DNA of 20,000 nt from Spirogloea muscicola (Eukaryota), in the NCBI GenBank assembly GCA_009602725.1, contig WELB01000007.1:910244-930243 (forward strand), read 5' to 3'. Under the pieces are notes generated by a model, which was given only the letters and a program-made list of their open reading frames with translations, was not told the origin of the DNA and ran no database searches. Both the position numbers and the translations under genes were made by a program. Of the stretch, positions 13,200 through 20,000 are shown piece by piece. The first letter of the stretch is position 1, and each line of letters opens with the position of its first letter.

Positions 13200-14203
13200 G
13201 AGAGAAGGCGCGAGGAGCGCATGAAATGGAAGGGAAGAAGTGGCTCTCCCAATGGGGGCAAGGGCTGTGAGAAGCCAGCCCGAAAAGAATTGACAAGGTT
13301 CGAAGGGGCCAAACTACGAGCTAAGCAGCGACTGCGGGGCCTGAAGAGGCTATGGCAGAACGGGGGAGGATGGACCACTTAGTAGTTACGAGTGAGGAGC
13401 CTCACATGAAGGGAGGCAAATTCAGGCCAATACATTGTCCAGGCAGAGTCTAGTGCAAATTAAACAAGGCTACATAATACGGAGACCTGAACTAAGGTGC
13501 CTAAAAAGCAAGCGCGTCCAGATTAACGGGTGGCTGGGAGAGGCCAGCCCAAAAGAATGGACAAGGTCTGAAAGAAGGGGGGCAAGCGCGGCCAGATTAA
13601 CTGGTGGCTGGGAGAGGCCAGCCCAAAAGAATGGACAAGGTCTGAAGGAGTCGGAGTGCGAAGGACTCAGGCCTAAGGTAACAGGGTCACATCACAGTAC
13701 ACACGGGCAAGGGAGGCGCCCCCTCGCAGTGGCGGCCCAACGACCGAGAAGCCCATTCCTGGACTTCCGCTCGGTGGCGGCCCATTGACACGATGTAGTC
13801 AAGAAGCTATTCCAAAGAAGTGGCACTCCCAATGGGGGCAAGGGCTGTGAAAAGAAGAAGTGGCTCTCCCAGTGGGGGCAAGGGCTGTGAGAAGCCAGCC
13901 CGAAAAGAATTGACAAGGTTCGAAGGGGCCAAACGACGAGCTAAGCAGCGACTGCGGGGCCTGAAGAGGCTATGACAGAACGGGGGAGGATGGACCACTC
14001 AGTCGATACGAGTGGCGGCCCATTGACACGATGTAGTCAAGAAGCTATTCCAAAGAAGTGGCACTCCCAATGCGGGCAAGGGCTGTGAAAATAAGAAGTG
14101 GCTCTCCCAATGGGGGCAAGGGCTGTGAGAAGCCAGCCCGAAAAGAATTGACAAAGGTTCGGAGGGGCCTGAAGATGCTATGTCAGAACGGGGGAGGATG
14201 GAC
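13200..14203 (+). repeat. Repeat-family array in the divergent KAI2/TBC intergenic region (copies A2 13234-13407, A3 13854-13999, A4 14093-14203; 74-bp-period pair 13508-13646)
   Basis: A2 equals A1 (7401-7574) at 172/174 positions. A3 and A4 are parts of a 238-bp-period tandem duplication starting at 13774 and 14012. Confidence 0.92.
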
Positions 14204-14491
14204 ATTCCAAAAATCCGTAGCCGCCGTATATGTCCATGGCGCATAGGAAGAAGTGGTCGTTAGAACTTCCGTCGTGGGGCAGAGCGTTCGCTTGCAAGAC
14301 GAGACAAGCCACCCAGGGTCGTGCGCCCGCGGCTGCCTGTCGCCGCCGCCGGCGCCACTGCCGCCGCCAAGAGCGAATTGCCGGTGAAGAGGCTGGGCCC
14401 AGTACCTACGGTGCTATGCCGTTAAATCAGGCCCCCTGGCATCGCCTTCCCCTGCGTTCGAGCGCGGCGACTGGCAACCCCGCAAGCAAGC

Positions 14492-17286
14492 ATGGCTGCC
14501 GAGCTGCTCGCCGAGGTGGCCTTCTCACAGCCCAAGGAGGAGGAGGCGGTGGCGGCGCCGCCGTCGACGCCGCCGTCGTCGCTGCATCGCTCAGAGGATC
14601 GCATAGCCTCGTTCGAAGCCGAGGTAAGGGCTCCTAGAATCTCTGCCAAGATGTATCCCACATGATAGCTTCACTGCTAGCTGAATGAGGCGGTCATGTG
14701 GAGTATCGAGCACGAAGACCTCCTTCACGTATGCTGTACATCATATCCACTTCCTATCAATCACGTTGCAACATGTCTTACAGGCAGGCACGAGTTGGGA
14801 CGGGGCAGCTGATAAATGAGGGTCTATCTTGGAACTACGTCCATTGCTGCCTGCTCATATGAGGATTTCCTACCTGTGCAGCTGACGCATGCACGCCTGC
14901 AATGCAGCTGTCTAGGGACACAATCCAGCTTGCTGCGCTGCAGGCCCTTGCATGGGATGGCATCCCGGAGGATGGCAGCCTCCGATCCACTGTATGGAAG
15001 GCAAGCATCGAACAACCTCACTCTACAGCTATCTGTCTTAGCTTTGCAAGTACACAAGTTCCGATTCGGGAGCTTGACAATGTCTCCTGTATGTGGCAAC
15101 AACTCTCTAAATTGGCAGTATTGACTGGGATTGCTCGTCTTGTACTGAAGTCAAGCAATGGCTTAAGCGATAGCATGAGTAGTCGCACTTCTGCAGGCTC
15201 GGCCAAGACGGGCCGGCCAGCTTCTCTTGCACTGCTTGCTTCTGACGTGGCAGCTTCTGCGGCAGTAGTTGCTGCTGCGCTACCTGCCTGTGCAAAGGGA
15301 GACCTGGGCTGCCGAGCTGAGGAAGAAGCGGGCCGAGTATGCCCAGTTTCAAGCAGAGCTGATGGTCAACCCTGTGAGAAGCCGCACTCGCCCTTCTAAG
15401 CTGCAGCAAAGCCCTTCTTTGTAGCAGAGGAGGAGGTCAGCTATTGCATATAGTGGTGGCAGTAGGTGGTGACAGTAGCTGATAGCAGCCCTCACATTGT
15501 TACATGTGCAAGTTGTTGAGGTATTGTTGCTGTGCTTGGTGGTCCTGTCAGTCTCAGTTTTGGGAGGCAGTGATTTTCCTAAGACCGACATATGTTAGCT
15601 GCTCACAGTCAGAAATTTCTCGGAGGAGAGCTGAGGAAGGTGGAGCAGAGAGGGACACTGGAATGGAGGAGGTGGAAGGAGCGCTCCGGAGACTAGATGT
15701 TTCCAATGATGATCACCCGCTCAGCACAGGGACAACATCCGTCTGGCACAAGTTCTTTCAGGCATGGCCTGGAAGCCAAGTTCTCAATACAGCGGCCTGA
15801 TTGGGTAGTTGAATGCTTTGCTGGCAACCTGAACAAGCTGATTGTACGCATGCTTATGCAAGTGTCATATCTAGCCAGCAAGATGTGCCTTCCTTTGTAA
15901 GTCACTGAAGCAGCACTTGAGACTAGTGATTTCAATAGTGTAGGGTTTTGCAGGGCTGGTAAAAGATGTAGCCAAGGTGTGCCAAGCCTGATACTAGCCG
16001 AGTTGTGCCTGCTTGCAGGACAATGAGCTTGTAGAGCAAATTGAGAGGGATGTACTGCGGACACATCCTGATATGCCCTTCTTCAACAGCGGCGACAGCA
16101 ATGCTGAGGCCAACAAGGCATCACTGCGGCGGTCGCTCTTCATCTATGCAAAGCTCAACCCTGGCATTCAGTATGTACAAGGCATGAATGAGGTGCTTGC
16201 ACCACTGCTATATGTCTTCAGGACCGATCCAGACCCCTCCGTCTCTGTGAGTACTGGCCCGAAAGCCACTTGATTGACAACATCTATCCTCACCTCTTTT
16301 AACAGCTACATGTGTAGACATGTCCTATGAACACCATTTCTAAAACTACGTTACATGTGTTTCCCGGCCCCACATTCCCATTTTCTTTACCTACAGCTAG
16401 CTCTTGCACAGGGCAGGTGCTAGGTCCTGTACTGTGATGACTTGTAGTGAAGGTTCATCTATAGCGAGGTCAAAGGGGTGCTTGTCTTACTTCTGCAGCA
16501 TTTCCTCGGGTGGTGATGGCGTTGGTCTTCAGGAACATGCAGAAGCAGATTCTTTCTTCTGCTTTGTAGCTTTGTTGGCGGAATTTCGGGACCACTTTGT
16601 CCAAAAGTTGGACAACAGTGTTGTTGGTATCAAAGCCACGCTCTCACGTCTGTCCTTACTCCTGAAAAGTAATGATGAGGAGCTCTGGCAACACCTTGAA
16701 GAACACAAGGTACAGCTCACTGCAACAAAATCTGGGGACGTTTCAGGCACCATCGTCACATAGTCAGAAATGGCTTTTACAGGCACGAATTGAGAGATGT
16801 TTGTGCTGAGCACGTTCTCGCATAGTTGGCCCAAAGCTTATTGTATTCCAGTAGTAAGAATCTATTACTCAACGTACTACTTAGTCTCCAGGTCGACCCG
16901 CATTTCTATGCATTTCGGTGGATCACCCTGCTCCTCACTCAGGAGTTCAGCTTTGAAGACAGCCTTCGCTTGTGGGACTCGCTTTTGAGCAGCGAGCGTG
17001 GGCCTATGGTGAGTAGCACACGAGCAACACAAACTATTCGTAACTGAAATGAGTTGTCGAAGCTGCCTGGAAGTACTCTTGCGGGCATGCAGTGAGTCTT
17101 GCCGTGCTCAAAGTCACCTTGTATGCTGGACAGGACACGCTTCTGCACGTTTGCTGCGCGATGTTGCTGTGCATACGTTCAAGGCTGCTGGCAGGAGACT
17201 TCACCACCAACCTCAAGCTCCTACAACACTACCCTCGGATCAGCATTGAGACTATCATCGAAGCAGCACGACACATCAGAACGTGA
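14492..17286 (+). CDS. TBC-domain Rab GTPase-activating protein (TBC1D13/gyp1p-superfamily like), 8 exons, about 385 aa
   Basis: Exons 14492-14623, 14908-15000, 15269-15373, 15609-15761, 16019-16246, 16533-16709, 16892-17008, 17134-17286, all phase 0. Motifs GIPEDGSLRSTVWKLLLRYLP, DHPLS, IERDVLRTHP (Arg finger), YVQGMNE (Gln finger), EADSFFCF, FYAFRWITLLLTQEF and GDFTTNLKLLQHYP. Confidence 0.95.
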
Positions 17287-17289
17287 CGC

Positions 17290-17349
17290 AAGGCTCCTCA
17301 ACGCAGCCCCCAACCACATAAGGCTCCTCAACGCAGCCCCCAACCACAT
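17290..17349 (+). repeat. Perfect 30-bp tandem duplication in the TBC 3' UTR
   Basis: aaggctcctcaacgcagcccccaaccacat x2, starting 3 nt after the stop codon. Confidence 0.95.
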
Positions 17350-17924
17350 ACAAGAACGGCAGTACTGTGCTTAGCTGCAAACGTCCAGCCTTTAGTTCAA
17401 GGATACTTCCTCATGCTTTGCAGGCAACCCAGTGGTCACATTGTTTGCCCACTCTTTGCTCAGATTCACCTAATTTTGGTGGCGAAGGCAAGCGTCACGC
17501 CTACACATCTGCAGGGACTGAATTATGAGGAATGAGGCGTGCTGGGGGATTGTCACAGTCCAGCTAATAATATAGCAGAGGGAAGAATTGTTGGCATTGC
17601 CGCAAAAGAAGCTGCACATACAGGGGCTTGCTGTGATGACCCCGAGGGTCACCGAGCTACACAAGCCTTCACTACCCCATTAGCGGGAGGGGACAATGGC
17701 AGCGTGCATAGCAGGAGCACATTATACATGCCTCAGGGCTATCTAAGGACCTCTACTGCCGCTCCACTGTGCATGCATCATAACTGGTACAGTAGGCAGC
17801 CGCTCCTCCGGAGGGGCATAAAGCAGTCAAATCTGCTGCTGGCAACTAGGAAAGTCACAGAAAGTGACCCTCGTCCCGCCACTGGGACTGCTTCAATTCA
17901 GGAAGGAGTCTCGACTTGAGCGGC

Positions 17925-20000
17925 CTAATGCCTCTTCTTCTTGAGGATACGGTGGGCCGCTGGCCTGCCTGAGACAGGCTTCTGCATCACCATGAACTGG
18001 CATGCAAAGGACGTCAGGACAGCACGAAGGGCTTATTTGATAAGTACATGACACCTATTGAGGCTGCCCTCTGCTGTGCTTGAGGTATGCAGTAAGAAAG
18101 GCGATGAGAAGCATTCAAGGCAGCTTAAGGAGGAGGACACTACCTTAACCAAGTGTTGCACAGCTGCACAGAAGCCAGCAAAAGCTAACCCTCCAAGCAC
18201 AAGCCAAGCGCAAGCTTGCTCAGCCCCTTGCTTTCTTGTCTGAGACTGAAGCACCTTCAGGCGCCTGCACGAGAAGAGAGAAGGCTTAAGGGCAAGCCCA
18301 AGAATATACTTCAAAGAGACAAGATGCGCAGCTACCCACCTTGAAATTTGAGGCTGCTGGTGATCCAGCTCAAGGATGTAAGGAAGATGCCATCTGAGGC
18401 CACATTGATTGATGACCAAGCACTACAGCTGTGTGTAGGATGCTAACAACGTAACTCTGCTACATGTGACCACCGAGGGTGTTCTGGCAACTCGCACCTG
18501 AAGGCCTCAACAAAGTCCCCCTTAAGTACTGTGCTCTCCTGTACGTGGAACACAGCGTCCTTCTGCACGACAAGCAACCGACCTTGAACAACCTTGACCA
18601 AGATCATCTGCTAGATAGGCTCCAGCCAGACAGTCCGCATGCCACAGATGCCTACCAGTGGTTTTAGGGCTCATTGTGAAGCTTGAGATAAGTACAGCCT
18701 TCCATTACAATCACACAGTACGGCAGCAAGCAATTTCATTGCTGTTATTGATGGCAAGGGAAGTGCAAAGGGAGCTCGGGACATGCCCTGAAGCCGAGGA
18801 CAAAGAGCGTGTTGCCGAGGCAATAGTGCAGCAGCGCATGCCGTACGTCAAGCTGCAGGCCTTCGCAAAAGGCGTCCGCCTGGGCAGACAACAAGCCAGT
18901 GGGCAGTACAGCACTCAGGCTTCAACGTGACAAGTAGTGCACCTTGAGTAGCTTCTCCAGCACAGTGCCGGCGCTGTGCACTGAGTAGCTGGGTGAGTCC
19001 CACCAGAGAGCTGCTCCCTGAGCGACCGCGGAAGTTGCCAGTCTGGGCGACACTTACAGCATCATCGTAGTTGCCAAGGAGGTAGAGCACCGATCCAAAA
19101 TTCATCCAAAGGTCAGCATGAGTCTGTGTGCAGGATGCAGCGAGGGACAGTCAACGCTGTGATCAGCTTTGGGGACCATAAACAGCTACATCCACAGTGA
19201 TGATGATTTGCATCAAGGATGCAAGTGTCATTGATATCGTGGAGCTGACCTCCAGCTCCAGTGCCCGCTTCATGCTGAGGAGCGCCCTGTCGAGATCGTT
19301 TGACGCGCGATGGGCTAGCGAGAGGTCGTTCCAAATGACAGCATCCTGCAAGATGGCATCAGAAGCAGAGCCTTCTCAGCTGGTCATAGACGCGAGCTGA
19401 GGGCGTCACAATATGGATCCGCTCAAGCTGCGCTAGGGCATTGATGAATTCGGCCGATCCTTAAGCAAATTAAATCTGGGCTCCCGCCGCCGCTCGACAA
19501 CATCAGGTGAGCGATCGTTGTGCTCGGCCCGCAGCTCACCTCGCCTCCCAGTTCCATGGAGCGCGTCAGGTGGTTCACGACAGCCTCCGCGCCCCCATGG
19601 GTGCTGCCCTCACAGTCGCACAATTGCAGCACCCATCACAGCATCAGTGATGATGACCTTGTAATCAACAACTGGTGACCCGGCCCGCTTCCCAATCCCT
19701 GCTTCAAAGCACCATTGCTTCCGCGCTCGCTTGCCCCATGGCGCAGCGGGCGCGCTGTGGGCGAGCCCCGTTCTCCAACTGCTCCCCAAGCGCCCTAGTT
19801 CTGTGCATAGCCGGCCTCAGAGGCCATCAGCTCTGACTCTCTGGCTCTAGACCGCAGCGCTGCAAGGGCAGTCACCTCTTGAAGATGTCCCTAATGGCGC
19901 GCTCCGCGCCACGGCCGTGGTGCAGGTTCTGCGCGCCGTGACTGCCGCCGCTGCCTCCCTCGCCGGCGGCAGCGGCGGCGGCGTCCGCCGCGCCGCTGCC
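17925..20000 (-). CDS. Tetratricopeptide-repeat membrane protein, 5'-partial (9 exons in window, about 255 aa), with C-terminal TM segment and KKxx tail
   Basis: Exons 20000-19876, 19800-19735, 19603-19540, 19345-19250, 19123-19058, 18879-18787, 18562-18498, 18264-18144, 17996-17925 join in phase. TPR-like units are AVIWNDLSLAHRASNDLDRALLSMKRALELE, ADLWMNFGSVLYLLGNYDDAADAFCEGLQLD and ALLHYCLGNTLFVLGFRKDAVFHVQESTVLK. Hydrophobic ACAWLVLGGLAFAGFCAAV is followed by a C-terminus ending ILKKKRH*. The first two exons are less certain. Confidence 0.8.

Noticed and set aside
12763..13382. Long overlapping ORFs rich in Arg/Gly/Ala (also 6944-7463, 14230-14637, 14-262)
   Set aside because: These are by-products of GC-rich (GCC)n leaders, first exons and repeats, with no recognisable protein.
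14515..14533. Repeat-core match (cttctcacagccc) inside TBC exon 1
   Set aside because: Only 13 nt are identical with no flanking similarity, so it may be chance.

Overview
Eukaryotic nuclear DNA, most likely from a streptophyte alga or other early-diverging green plant (inferred from plant-type proteins, many short introns and GC-rich first exons). By manual splicing I reconstruct four intron-containing genes: a 20-exon UDP-glucose pyrophosphorylase (minus, 7225-2195), a 3-exon KAI2-type alpha/beta hydrolase with intact catalytic triad (minus, 12887-11465), an 8-exon TBC1D13-like Rab-GAP (plus, 14492-17286), and the 3' part of a TPR protein with one C-terminal TM helix and a KKxx tail (minus, >20000-17925). 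The main unexplained feature is a modular repeat family (core GCTGTGAGARGCCAGCCC) that fills three intergenic zones. It includes a 172/174-identical block directly upstream of both UGP and KAI2, and twice forms inverted arrays that flip orientation around a central spacer. About 6 of 36 coding introns use GC donors. Two decayed ORFs, a small TIR element and several local tandem duplications are also present.
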